In this document: in pieces, positions 24,571 to 37,209 of the stretch | How the letters are laid out: every line of letters begins with the position of its first letter | Numbering within the stretch: position 1 is the first letter of the stretch | Source of the DNA: Lingula anatina | Taxonomy: Eukaryota; Animalia; Brachiopoda | Assembly: GCA_051362555.1 (NCBI GenBank) | Contig: CM120646.1 | Coordinates: 19,220,001-19,284,000, forward strand | Reading direction: 5' to 3' | Length of the DNA stretch: 64,000 nucleotides | Made by a program: the position numbers and the translations under genes | Notes under the pieces: generated by a model | The model's database searches: none | Seen by the model: the letters and a program-made list of their open reading frames with translations, nothing else | Told to the model about the DNA's origin: nothing

Positions 24571-26649
24571 CGCAAATTGTTTTAAAATATATACCAAGTG
24601 AAAACAAACTAATTGTGATTTTTGTATGGGGGACTAGTCATCAAAGTTTTATGATAAGTTTGTACAAAAGTAGCCATGTTCAGAAATGTTGATTGGACTG
24701 TCTTCTGTAATGTTACCTTGGTGTTAAACTAAGTTGCTAATTATGGACACCAGACTGATTAGATAATTAAAATTTTGAAGTAAAGACCTTGCCTGCACTG
24801 GAAGAAACAACAACTATAGTCCATTTTTCCACTTCTCACAATTTTCCAGTCTGACTATTTATAAAATATCTCTTCTATTGGGGAATAAAAACACTGCAAA
24901 TTTTCCCTTGCTTTGAAACAGGTTAATATAATTACACCTTCCAGTAGAACTTTGATACTGCGCAAATCTAATGAGGCCAAGTTTCATATCTGAAGGAAAG
25001 AGAGAGTGCGGGTAAAAGCTGGATCTGCATAAGTTGAGGGTACACTTAAAATGTTTAACTTAAATATAACTTTTGTTGGGGAAAAAATATATGTGTGTGT
25101 GTGTGTGTGTGCGCCTAGTGACACATGCCAAAACTTCACCAACCTAAGTGTGCTGTGAATGAAATCTGATATCAAACAAAAAATGAATTAAATCTGCCAT
25201 TCTCATATAAACAAATAAAGAAACAGGCAAAACAAGAAACAAGGCACTAAAAAGAATAAATAAATAAATTAATAATAAATAAATATATTAATCAATGAAT
25301 AAATGTTGAAACAAATAAAGTTATTTTCAGTTTCGACCTCACATTAATTCTTTAACTAGCATTTACCTAGTACTCCTATTATTTTACCAAAAATGAATTC
25401 AATGTCTTCAATTAACTGATACTGTAATTGCTTTCTCAAATGTAAATTCAAAGTGACTTATATAATTCTTCAGCCAAAGATGACTTGTATAACCAAGCAC
25501 TTATAATAATTTTGGTTTCCTGTGATTCACTTTCTCAAAGAATGAACCAAAACAACTTAAAGCAATTATATTATGGTGAAATACATCCAAGCACCAGTGC
25601 TATTATGTTCAGCTGCTGACTGACAGAATTTGCCTAAAATGTGATACTCCCAATACTTTCAGTGCATTCTCCTAAAACTCTCTTATTTTGATCTAGCTAC
25701 ATTGTTTCTTCGCTCATCTGTCAGGGACTGACATGACCTTAACAACCACTGCCTGGCTTAATTACCAGCCATCTGTATGCAATCACGGGGATATTTTAAA
25801 CATGCTGCTTATGGATGCTGCCTTGCCAAACATAAGTCATCACCATATGTATGTTTAGGTAAAGAAGAAGACATTATTTTATGTATCAGAAAGTGTGTGT
25901 GTGTGTGTGCATGTACATGCGTGTACGCGCATATGTGTGGTACAGATAAAAAACACATCATGTTCACCCTAAACCATAACTTTACACATAGGCTCCAGAT
26001 TTAAATGGGTAAAAATCATATATGAAAAACAACACTTACATATTGATCTTTCCCTGTATCCATGGATATTCTCTTTTCCCTCTGTGACTTTTTTCTTTCC
26101 CAGAGTGGCATATCCTGCTTCTAAAATATTGGAATGCTTAATAGAAGTGCTTTAATTATATTGACTGAGTATTTTGCAGATCAAAATCTCTTTAATAAAA
26201 TCTAAAAAAAAAAAATAAAAATAAAAAAATAAAACATATCACGTCAGAAGCTCAAACATAAGTTCATAAATTCAAACATGAAAACAAATGTGTGATAAAT
26301 TTAAGTCCTGCATAAACTAGTGTAATATACTGATCAGCATGAATTTTCTACTGACATACATTATGCATATGTTCTTGACATTACATGATTAACAATATGT
26401 GGTTTACACTTGCCAACTAAAATTACAAGCAAAAAAATAATTAGTTCATTAAAAAATAAATAATAAATAAAATAATGTTTAATAAATTAATTAAAAACAA
26501 AATGTTAACATTTACAATCCAATTAAAACATATTTAATTCTCAATAGTAAATAAAAATAATCAATTAATATTATATAATAAAAAAGAAAATTCACTTATT
26601 TTATATTTCATATTTTACCTTCTGAAGCCCCAACCATCCAACATGATGG

Positions 26650-27970
26650 CATTATGAGTCACAGCTATCACAGTGTCACGTGCAGTTTACCTGTATTCAC
26701 CTGTGAAACTGACAAGTAAAGGCGCGCCGCCACCTTTGAAACGTACAGGTAACATACACGTGGTATTCATTTCTCGTTCCGGGCAGCAGGGATCACTGAA
26801 AATATAAATCAAAGGCTTCCCTCGAGGAAACATTAAAGACTGCCCTCCAAAAATGTGGTGCTGGTGTTTGAATAACTTCACAACGTCAAATTAAACCGAT
26901 GTTTACCTGTTTTGCCTCACCTGGGTAGACGTGATGTACGTATACACGTATCACTCCGCGGTGCAGGTGCGCGCATTTTACCCAAATATTCCTAATTCAT
27001 TCAAAGCTTGAATTAAGATCACAGAATGTCATTATCGTGATCAATTATTAGATTAGTGAAAGTAGCAGTAATAAGTTAATTATGAGCCTGAACACGGGCG
27101 TTTCACAATCACATGAGTATAGGCCACCTTGCAGTCGCGGAACTTGCGGCTCCAACGTTTCACAGAAGTCATGGCCTCAAAATAGGTGAACTCCATGTTT
27201 TGATGGTTGCTTTGTGGAATTTATGAAACGATTTTTGATAGATGATGCTCAGTTTTGATATAAAAATCACAAAATTGTTCAAGTTTACCTACCGTTTTAA
27301 CGTAAAACAGGAAGTGGAAAGGTGACCTCATTTAGCATGCGCGTCACTGCCCCATCACGAATATCAATTTCAATAGAAAACATGGCAGAAACAGCCAGGT
27401 GCGGCCGAAGAAAACAGCAGAATCCAAGAAAAAAGAATGGTATGACACTTTAAGATATTGTCTTATTTTGTTTTGTTTGTTATTTTTTGTTTTGTTAAAA
27501 AGTCTGGTGAGAATCCACTGTGTACTTTTCGAGAAAATCGTGAATTTGTTCACCGTTGTTTTGCACCTCTGGCCACCTACGGAATGTCAATGATGTCTCA
27601 AAACTAGAAGCAGTTGGCAGCGCGCCAGCTAATTATTCGCTGAATTGTAATGGGCGAACTTTGCTTTAACTGTTTCACTTTGATCTTTGCTGACAATCAG
27701 TCATTTAATTCTCCGATTTTCCAAAGTTGACTGGAAGGTGCGACAGTCTAGGTAGCAAGGTAGGTAAAGCAGGAAGTACGACAGAAAATTGGATTTGCGT
27801 GTACAAAGATGGCGGACGGGGGAGTGTCGCTGAATTGAAATTGCGAAGCAGATCACGGACAACCTAGCGACCGAGGTGGATAAGAAGGAGAGGTTGACAT
27901 TAAAAAAGTTGAAGTTTTGACTTATAACACCTGTTCATGCACACCTGTTCAGGTAATTTTTACCAGGTGT
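26650..27970. promoter_or_regulatory. CpG-rich promoter region of the ZEB-family gene, probably bidirectional
   Basis: Marked local CpG/GC enrichment; CACGTG at 26677 and 26757, ETS CAGGAAGT at 27308 and 27770, NRF1-like GCATGCGC at 27335, YY1-like AAGATGGCGG at 27806, AP-1 TGAGTCA at 26655; contains the first coding exon; base skew reverses here. Confidence 0.75.
27382..27439 (+). CDS. ZEB: First coding exon of a ZEB1/ZEB2/Zfh1-family zinc finger E-box-binding homeobox transcription factor (partial; downstream exons not seen in window)
   Basis: AAAC-ATG-G start context; translates MAETARCGRRKQQNPRKKN plus 1 nt, then donor ATG|GTATGA. Compare ZEB1 MADGPRCKRRKQANPRRNN and ZEB2 ...MADGPRCKRRKQANPRRKN, whose exon also ends in phase 1 after this Asn. 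RRKQxxP is the NuRD-binding motif. Confidence 0.88.
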
Positions 27971-30900
27971 TTCCCAAAATATTCAGATAACATTAATAAT
28001 GAAAAATTCATCAAATTCAATATGTCCAAATTATGAAAAAAAAAATATATATCAAAGAAAAAAATTGTAGTTGTTTCAAATGTATTCTGTGGGTTAATTA
28101 TAAGCCTTTTTCTGACACATGTTGACAAGTTTTTGACACTGGCCTTGCAGTTGGAAAAATAGTGGCAACATCTTTTTATTCTTAACAACAAGCATTTTAT
28201 CAAAAGTTAAAGGGAAAGATTTAGAATAAATGGCTTGTCAAATGGCCAGGAGCATATTTTTAGTTTTTAAGTACTTTTTGGTATTAATAATTTGGATCAA
28301 AATGAAGTTTTTGTCCACACAGCAAGATACTTAACAGGTGGTCAACAATGAAACAGTTTTTAAATTGCGCCCTTTTTTTGTACATTTTCCCCTATAACCA
28401 AGGCCTCCAATTAACCATACTAATAAATCTCTGGTGTATTTTTATGGCTTGACAAGATATATAGAAATAATGTATCTTAGTGGTGCACATCTGCTCATGA
28501 TTATTGTAAAATCAAAAGTGCAAAATGAATAATATCTCCTGGCTGACAAATTCTGAAGCTGCATACATTTGAATTAATCATCATTGATATCGTGTGTGAG
28601 ATATCAGAAATAGACATATAAATTGTGGCCAGATGGCACAAAAGAATATTGGATTATAGATGCCAGCATATGATTATAGGCACTGCTATAAGCCTTAAAC
28701 TGGTTCATAAAAACCCCCTTGCACAGGGCTAGGCTTGGAATTTGTCACAAGATTTTCGGGTAATCCTCTTTTTATTGAATCATGTTGATGTATATGACAA
28801 GGTGCAATTTTAGTAAAATAAAATTATTTTTACGAAGGGTTTTTGTTTCATTATGTTTTCTTAATTGTTATCACATAATACAAATAAAACTTGGTGTGGC
28901 TTTACAAACAACCAAGAAAAAAAGGTGAACATATTTGAAAAGAGGACAAGTTTGAAAGAGATCTTCATTGTAAAACATTATAATAACTGTTAGTTACAGT
29001 TTTATTTTTTATGGTTTCTGATTTCGATTTTTTACTTCATCAGCAGTACCCTCAAATTTTCACATTTTTGTTCAGCAAATTGTATATTGTTTGTTAAATA
29101 TTAGTGATTCCAAGGCCTTTTGTTTATAGCAAGAAGATCCTAAAAGCAGCATTTATCTTGCAAAATGTTAGAAAACATTTGTAGTTCTTTTATCAATTTA
29201 TTGGGAGATTAACTCATTTATTTCGCCTTTATTTCTATATTTAATAATTTGCATTGACAACTATCATTGTTATTGACACGAAAAATAGTTTGTCACGAGA
29301 GATATGGAATATAAACCTCAGTTCAATAAATACAAGATTCAGGGCTTTAGTTATATATTTAATATATGACTTTAGTTTAAGGATTTTACATAATCCAACT
29401 TTATTTCTTTCTTTATATATTCATTTCTTATTTTATTTTATTTATTATTTATTAATATATTTTTTAATTTATAAAAAAGCAAGATACCTATTAGATCCCC
29501 ATTTTTTTTTTTTTTTTTTTTTTTTTTGTAAATGATTATCACTTGACACATTACAATCTATTCAAACTTCTCTTTACTGCCAAGTTCCCCCATTTCTTAC
29601 CAGATTATAATTGTATCAGCTTTGTAGAAGATGTAAACTATATGAATGATGGAAGGCATCCCAGTCAATACAAGTTAATCATCATCGATCTGATGGTTTG
29701 CAGTGTAGACCTATCACAGAGCAGATTATACATCACCAGGGACCCAATATAAGATGATTTGGTCAGAAGTATGTAAAGATATGGGGGTGTGAGCTCTATT
29801 CATTTGCATGGTCCAAAGGGTTTATCCTAGGTCCTATGATATGGATATTCATGAAAAGTGGGAGTGTCCCAGGGATATGTGGTGAGGAATTATGCTTTTC
29901 ACAGTGAATGAATATTCCATTTCACAATGTTGGTAGATTATGCTTGCACCTCACTAAAATTACCAAAATACATTAAAGAATTTCATTACTTTTAGGGAAA
30001 ATGAAAAAAAAATTATAGGAACCTTGTGCTAGTGAGAAAAATTAATAATGTGCTGTGCTAGATATGCAAAAAGAAATATATCTCTGAAGAGGCAAGGGTC
30101 ATTGTGTTTGCCAATGTTCAGATGGGGCATTTAATCTACATAGGACCACTTTGCTGCTGTAGATTTATACAATCAAAGCAAAAAGCCTTGGTGGCTTGCT
30201 GTTAGACCACAATTTTAGTAAGTACTGGGGGAATCTTGTGAGTTAATATTGTTGTTTTCTGAATTGAGGCATTCAGATTGGTAGCATATAGAGGGATTAC
30301 ATAGAGAACTAATGAATTGAATAGCAATCAGACATGTCACATTGACGGTCAGTTCTTAGTTTTCTCTGAGAGGATTGGTCACAGGTATTCATGTGTTCTT
30401 TTTGGGAGGGGGGGGGGGGATTTAAGAAAAACCAAAGATAATTGTATATTTATTTGCCAATTTTTGCCAATTTGGTAAAAATAGCTATGTTAAGAAAATA
30501 AAACACATGTCAAATATACATAAATTCTTCTACCACTTTCCCAATGTGTGTGTATGTGTCAAGTGTGTTGGCAGTAAGCAATGTGCTTCTCCTTCTGGGT
30601 CCTCTGGGATTAAGGAAAATGACAGGACACACTTTTTGTGAGGTAAATTTATTTCCCAGTTAGTCAGATATGTCCTTGCATGAACAGAAAATTCAAGGAA
30701 AGTAAGATAACTTTTTAGTTTGTCATTTCTGGTGCATTTCTGTTCTGATAGGTATTTTTTTATGTAGACCCATTCACCATCTTATTGTTTCTTTTAACAA
30801 AGTTAATAATTTCTATGCTCAGTCAGGTGAATGGTGAAAAGACAATTTTTTACCTCGAAAAAAAGCAGAAACATTTTCTAGAATCCTTCTGAAACCTCTG

Positions 30901-33391
30901 AAATAAAAATGAAGGAAGTCCTGTCCTTGGGACAGAAGGAAACCCCATCTTGGAGCATTTTCTTGGAGATAAGAAACAAACTAGCAGGACAACCTTTCTT
31001 AAGGTGTTGTTTGAAAAAAAAAACTTCGAGGACATTTTCCCACGATTTTCTCCTGTGGTGTGATTTAATGAATTGTAGACAGGTGTAAACAGTTTGGAAA
31101 CCCAATCCTTCCTACCAGATGATAAAACAAGGTACCTATGAAGGCTGCTCAGTTAATCATACGGCACACACGTTAGTTATGCTGGCTCCTGACACCATGT
31201 CATGGCTGTGCACACGTTTTTTGTACAGGAGACACCATAAAAATCCAGAAAGATAGATTAAAATTCCAGGTGCCCATCGGCCATGGTGCCCCGAACCTGT
31301 ATTTCCACCTGGTGCCATATTCTACTAGGTGTGGTGTTCGGGAATGGAAACTCCTGACCTGCCATGCCTTCACGTCTGGACGGTGTTTATCGAGGACAAG
31401 AAACCCATACCTTTTTACTTCAGCGTAACACTCAAATAGTTAATGCATATTGACATCAATTTCTTGAAGCTTTCACATGTTTTTGACAAGATTTTTTTGC
31501 AAGTGAGGAAACAGAGGCCCACATTGTCTAGTTTGCAACTGCTGCTGCAAGATTTTGTAAACTAATAGAAGGCTTTCAGTAATCCAGCAAGAAGCTAAAT
31601 CCTAGGTGTCTGTCACTGTGCCAGCCCACTGTGCCCTGAATCTGGAACTCCAGGCTCCACATGGCTTTGACCAGGTACAACCACCATGCTTTAGTTCCAG
31701 GACACTAAATAAGCCAAAAGTGTACCCAGCTTGGTGTCAAATAGTCCATTGCATGTTGAGAATGAATACACATTACTGTTATGATAATAGGCCCTGAACA
31801 TGACCAAGATGGCCACTTTGCAGCAGAGTGGGAAGGAGCTTGTCTGGCTCTCTGCTGCCAAGGTGGTTTGCTGTGTCATGTGGTGAGTGCCTGTAGCCAT
31901 GGCAACCCTCACCTGTTACCTTGACGACACACCTGGGGCCTGAGGACTACCTTGCTGTCTCCTGGGGTTGTCTCAAGTTTATAGCACTGTTTTTACCCAA
32001 ATTTGAGCTGGGATTGACTGTGACAGTGGTTGGAACTTCAAAGGAGTTTTATACCAATGGCTCTGTTGGAACCATATCATTGATGCTAGAACAAATATGT
32101 ATGGTGACTTCTATTTCACGATTTTTTTTACCAACCAAAAGATGAGTGGTGGAGCATGTTATTTAAACACCTTTTTTAATGATATTTATTATGTTACTTT
32201 GACCTTTCGGTATCTTTGAATTTTAAGATACTTAACAGTTTGTCCTTGAAGTAACTTTTTTAAAATAAAAGGGCCTCCTGTACACAAGTTTTCAATTAGG
32301 CTTTTCAGTTGTGAAAGTTTTTTGAACAAACTGCTTGCTGCTTGTTTGGACACCAATTAAAAAGGTCATTTAGTTGGATAAAAATGTTATGAAACAAGAC
32401 CATTCGTATCGTAATGGAGATACAACACACTTGCTACTGTTTGCAGGTTTTGCTTTTCCTACCGGTGGAAATGACTTTGGCAGTAGAAAAGGAAAGCCAT
32501 GAATTAAAAATTGTAAAAAAACTTTTTCCTGCTTCCTGAGTAGTATCAGATTACAATGATATACCTGACTTTGGTCGCGAAGGCAGTTTTTCAAATTGGA
32601 TTCTGTTCAGACAGTCCCTATTCCAGAAGTCAATGAATTTTAAGGGAAAGTAAAATGAGAATTTAAATGGGAACACTTAAGATTGCATGTCTTTGAAAAC
32701 CCAGTTTAAAATTTACCTTTTTTATAGTCTTCCAATCTTTAAAGTAGCAAATATATATGTATATCTTCTTTGAAATGTACGAAAGAGGAATTATTAACAA
32801 AAATGTTCAAAACAGATTTAGCTTACTTTCCTCCTAGATGTCCCTTGTCAACTGTACCTTTTTATATGTAGTCCGAATGCTTTCTTGGTTAATTTCTGAT
32901 TGTTTCATCTAAATGAAATTCATTGCCAATACATGAACCCCCACTAGACATCTTTAATAAATTGTCTTTTAACAACTGATTTCAGTTTAAATCTTGTAAA
33001 TTTGGCATCTTTAAGTTATAAAATTTAACTTAGAGCAAAAAGCTCACTTTTTTTCATATAGATTGCTGTCCTAGACTGGCTGTAAATGCTGGATTTGATT
33101 TTGGCTTGTCCTGAGACAAATGGAGCCACCTAGGTCAGCAGGGTCACTGGCTGGGGTGTGGTAGCATTTAAATTGTACTTCTTTGTCTTTGACATTGCAA
33201 ATCATTGCAAATCTATCAAATTCTATTGAGTTTAGAACTTTTAAATTACCAAAGGGAGCAGAGAAGGGAGACCACAGCATTTGAAATAAAATACCTTTAT
33301 AAGGTAGCATATCTCCTTAAAGTGCATTTTTTGTGAAAAAAAAAATATGTTTAAGCTAGTCAGCCTGTTGCCCAAAGATTTGAACTGTTTG

Positions 33392-33695
33392 AACCACTTT
33401 TTTTTTGGTACTGATATTATGAAACCCCTATTGTGCCTCACAAAACAACTCAACCACTATTTTCATAGTGCTGGTATTCTGAAACACCTTTGTGCCTCAC
33501 CACTTAATTTGATCACAATTTTCATGGTACTGGTATTCAAAAACCCCTTTATTGCCTTATCACACAACTCAACCACAGTTTTCATGGTATTTGTATTCAA
33601 AAATCCCTTTAGTGCCTCACCAAACGACTCGACTACAATTTTCATGGTACTGGTATTCTTAAATCCCTTAAGTGCCTCACCATACAATTCAGCCA
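33392..33695. repeat. ~60-bp minisatellite, about 5 degenerate copies
   Basis: Unit TTTTCATGGTACTGGTATTC...CCCTTTAGTGCCTCACCA recurs every 59-60 nt; accounts for ORFs 33347-33772 and 33463-33765. Confidence 0.9.
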
Positions 33696-34868
33696 GTGAG
33701 AAGTGCCACATGTTCGAACTGAAAGCTCTGGTTTCTGTAAGACTAGGTGATTGTCTTGTAATCAAGGTATAGAGTGTTTACATCACTGGGACAGGGAGCC
33801 ACAAGTACCAGGTCTTAATCTGGAGAGCAATGGCCGTAGAACAATAACTGTGTGTCATTAAAGAAGGGTTAGACATTGGTTTTATTGCCTCAATTCATCA
33901 AGTTTACTGGGATGTTTTGAGGAAAAAAAGTTAACTAGTGTTATGGTTTGTGGCTTGCTTGAATAGAAGCAGGTGGCACATTTCCAGTTGAAATGAAAAT
34001 ACCAATTAAATTGGGATGCTGTAAAACTTCTTAAAAATTTGATGGTTTTGATATTTTACTTGTTTAAAGGTATATAAAATTATTCTGTTGAATAGCTACT
34101 CAGCTAATGTTTGTACTTTCATTCTTTCCGACATGAAATAAACTTTACTGTATTTTATTGTATTGTATTGTACTGCAAGTTATTTTGATGCCAGCAGAGC
34201 TGAGTTGACAAAAATGACCAGCTAATTAGGATCTGTGAGAGTCCTACTACTTGAGGAAACCTCTATGCTGGTATTTTGGTCGTGTACCTTTAAGTTTGAT
34301 TCCCACCTCCTCTCATCTCAGTTTAAAAGAAGTTATAAAAGAAGTTGTTAAGTGCAAGTTAGGTGCACATCGCTGCCAGCCTGGAAGTGCCTTTCTCACC
34401 TGAATGGTGCTTAGTGCATTCCCTTAACACCTGGACTCCACCAGTGAAAATTTCTCAACTTTGATGTACCTAAATTTACCTGTTTCGTGTTTTATCTGCA
34501 TTGATGTGGGCTATGTGCGCAATGTTACATATGTAGATGCATGTGCTTAACATCAGATGCATCAGGTATATCTTCCATATTTTGTAAAAAGTGTACCGAA
34601 ATGCTTCTATGAGAGATTACTTCAAACTTTGAAGGTATGGCTTTTTGTGTGAAGTAGTGAAATGTTGATGAAATTATGATTATTTTGGAAATTATTACGT
34701 TGGAAGTTTCTTAGTTATGTGTTGCTGGTGAAAAGAAAAAAAAAAACAATATCAGTACAGCAAACCAGCTTTGAGATCAGAAATAAAAAACTTTGTTGGA
34801 GAGAAAAATATTAATAAAATCAACTTGGCATCATTATTTTTCCATGTTATTCCAAGTATCACATTAGA

Positions 34869-34903
<35 letters not shown>

Positions 34904-35558
34904 ATCCTATCCAAACCTCCAAACCATTAGTTTTCTTTTGAGGAAAAAAGGTGTCTAACCAATTTAACATCTGGGCGGTTTTCAGGTAGACATTTCCCTT
35001 CAAGCTGAAAGTTATCTCATTTAGCCTACCTGCCAGGTAGCTGGTGTAGTAAACCAGCCCAGCTGCATGTTTGCGACATTTCAGTGGCATTTAAAACGTG
35101 ATAGGTGTGCGTAAAAATCCAGGTAGTGTAGATTTTCATTCTCCTGAAAGATTAGTTTTAACTTTTTTTCTGTAAACTTAAAAGAAAAGGTCATACTAGA
35201 CTTAATGTATCTTCTTTAGGGAATAAGTTTTTACCAACAGTTTGAATAGACACACCTGTACTAAGAAAGCCATTTTGTTCCAAGTAAATTGGTTCATGGG
35301 CAGTGATGATTTAAGGACGGACAAAGTACAAAATCCTTTAGAGATTTTGCACTTTTAGGTGATTAAAAAGTTGAAAGGATTCAAGGTTTGTAACTTTTTG
35401 TTTACAGTTTGTCAGACAGTTATTGGGCAAGATACTAATAAAAAATGCTAAGACTGAAAGACAACTAATGAGCAGCTCTCCAAAAGGCAATTATACAAAA
35501 CTAAGTAAAAAAAACATATCACCTGTAAGTGAGTAAGGTCTATGGATTTCACCTCTAA

Positions 35559-35837
35559 GGCCCCATTCAGAATAGATGATCCGAGTACTAACTGATCCGC
35601 CGACTAAATATGGCAGACCACACTTCAAAAGCGATGCCGCTGATTCCCGATGGTCTCCCTACTAGTACGTCTACACGCCATCCCCGCAGGGGCCTAGCAA
35701 TTAAACCTTTAATCTCTTTAATGCCGCATGTGGAGGCGGGAGACCATCGAGAATCAGCAGCATTGCTTTTGAAGTGTGGTCGGCCATATTAAGTCGGCGG
35801 ATCAGTAAGTACTCAGATCATCTATTCTGAATGGGCC
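35559..35837. mobile_element. 279-bp hairpin MITE (Tourist-like), well preserved
   Basis: TAA/TAA TSD; ~100-bp near-perfect inverted arms (GGCCCCATTCAGAATAGATGATCCGAGTACT... / ...AGTACTCAGATCATCTATTCTGAATGGGCC); CpGs retained. Confidence 0.9.
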
Positions 35838-37175
35838 TAAGACAGTAATGTGATGGTTGGGTCAAATTTAAGTCCTCGGAAATTGAGGAAACCTTTGGAT
35901 GGTTACTTGCAGGGGAGAGATTGGATGGGAATAGATTCCCCAGAAGTCCGAGAAACTTGAATAATTATATCCCAGAAGTCTTTATCATCCCCAGTGGAAA
36001 GTTATAGGTTGGATGATGCTTTTTAAAAAAATTCCTTGTTGTTTTTGTTTTTGAATCTAGTTTTTCTTCCATGTTCCTCTGATAATGGCCATAGTGTAAT
36101 TTTTCTGATCAGCAATTCAGTTCAACCATATGATTATTTTACCATTGCTATACACTGGGTGACTGGTATACAGACAAAAAAATATCCTTTGATTTTTATG
36201 TGGGTGTAAATGAGATTTGTTTTGTTTAATGTGATTCCATTCTGACAAAGATTATAACTGTCAACCAATTGAAATGTTGAATTAATAAGAAAATAACTTT
36301 CGGTGTTATTCAATGTTCTGTCAAGATATTTTAGAAGTTTTGGCTGAATGGAACAAAATTAAGATTCCATATTACACACAAAAAGAAAAATATTTAAGTC
36401 AAATGTTTGGATCATTATAGTGTTGCCCCTGAAGAAATAATGAAATTGGTGATAAAAATATGACGTCATAAGTTCATATTCTTGTAACAGGTGTCGCGTT
36501 CTACCGTACAATTGTGTTGCTAGTGGTAAAAGTGATTTTTTGTAAAATCAGTATTTGATGTAATTAAGCAATATTGAATCTCCCTTTATGTAAAACCCAA
36601 TAAGGAAGCCATTGTGCAGATAGAAGGAACCGCTTTTTCTCTTAGCCAATGCCAAAATTGTACATACAAACTCAACCACACCTTAGTGCCATGCTCCGTT
36701 ATTGAAAGGACTGACAGAATTCTATGCTGATACAATCCTTGAAAAGTGATGGTACCTTACTTAAGGGCACAGGTGGTACCTGCTCTGTGTATCACTTATC
36801 TCTCATGAAATTTTGATAAGAGAAAAAAAATGCCTTATTTTGGAAATCTATCAAGGGACAAAACTACTGGCTGACAGTGGCAAAGGTTGGTCGTATGGAA
36901 AAGTGCACATCTGTGGGACTTGACACAGTCTAACGAAGGCCCCCAAGTGCTGTCATATGATAGAAAGCATTTCATGGAGAAATAATTTGATGAAGTTTAG
37001 ATTGAATTATAGGAAGGTATATAAAGCAGTTGATCTTATTACCTATTCATCCAATATTAACCTATAATTCAATTGTAGGAGATTTGCTGTAGAATGGACT
37101 TTCTAGTCGGACAACCTTTCTGTCGCATAGTTGGCAGCGGAAGTTGAACTGAGTAGAGGCACTGGTGAACAAAAC

Positions 37176-37209
<34 letters not shown>

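Noticed and set aside
31800-31888. ATG frame ending at TG|GTGAGT
   Set aside because: Phase 2, incompatible with the phase-1 ZEB first exon; no recognisable peptide
33347-33772. Longest ORF (141 aa) and its antisense partner
   Set aside because: Product of a 60-bp minisatellite that is open on both strands; no domain or splice support
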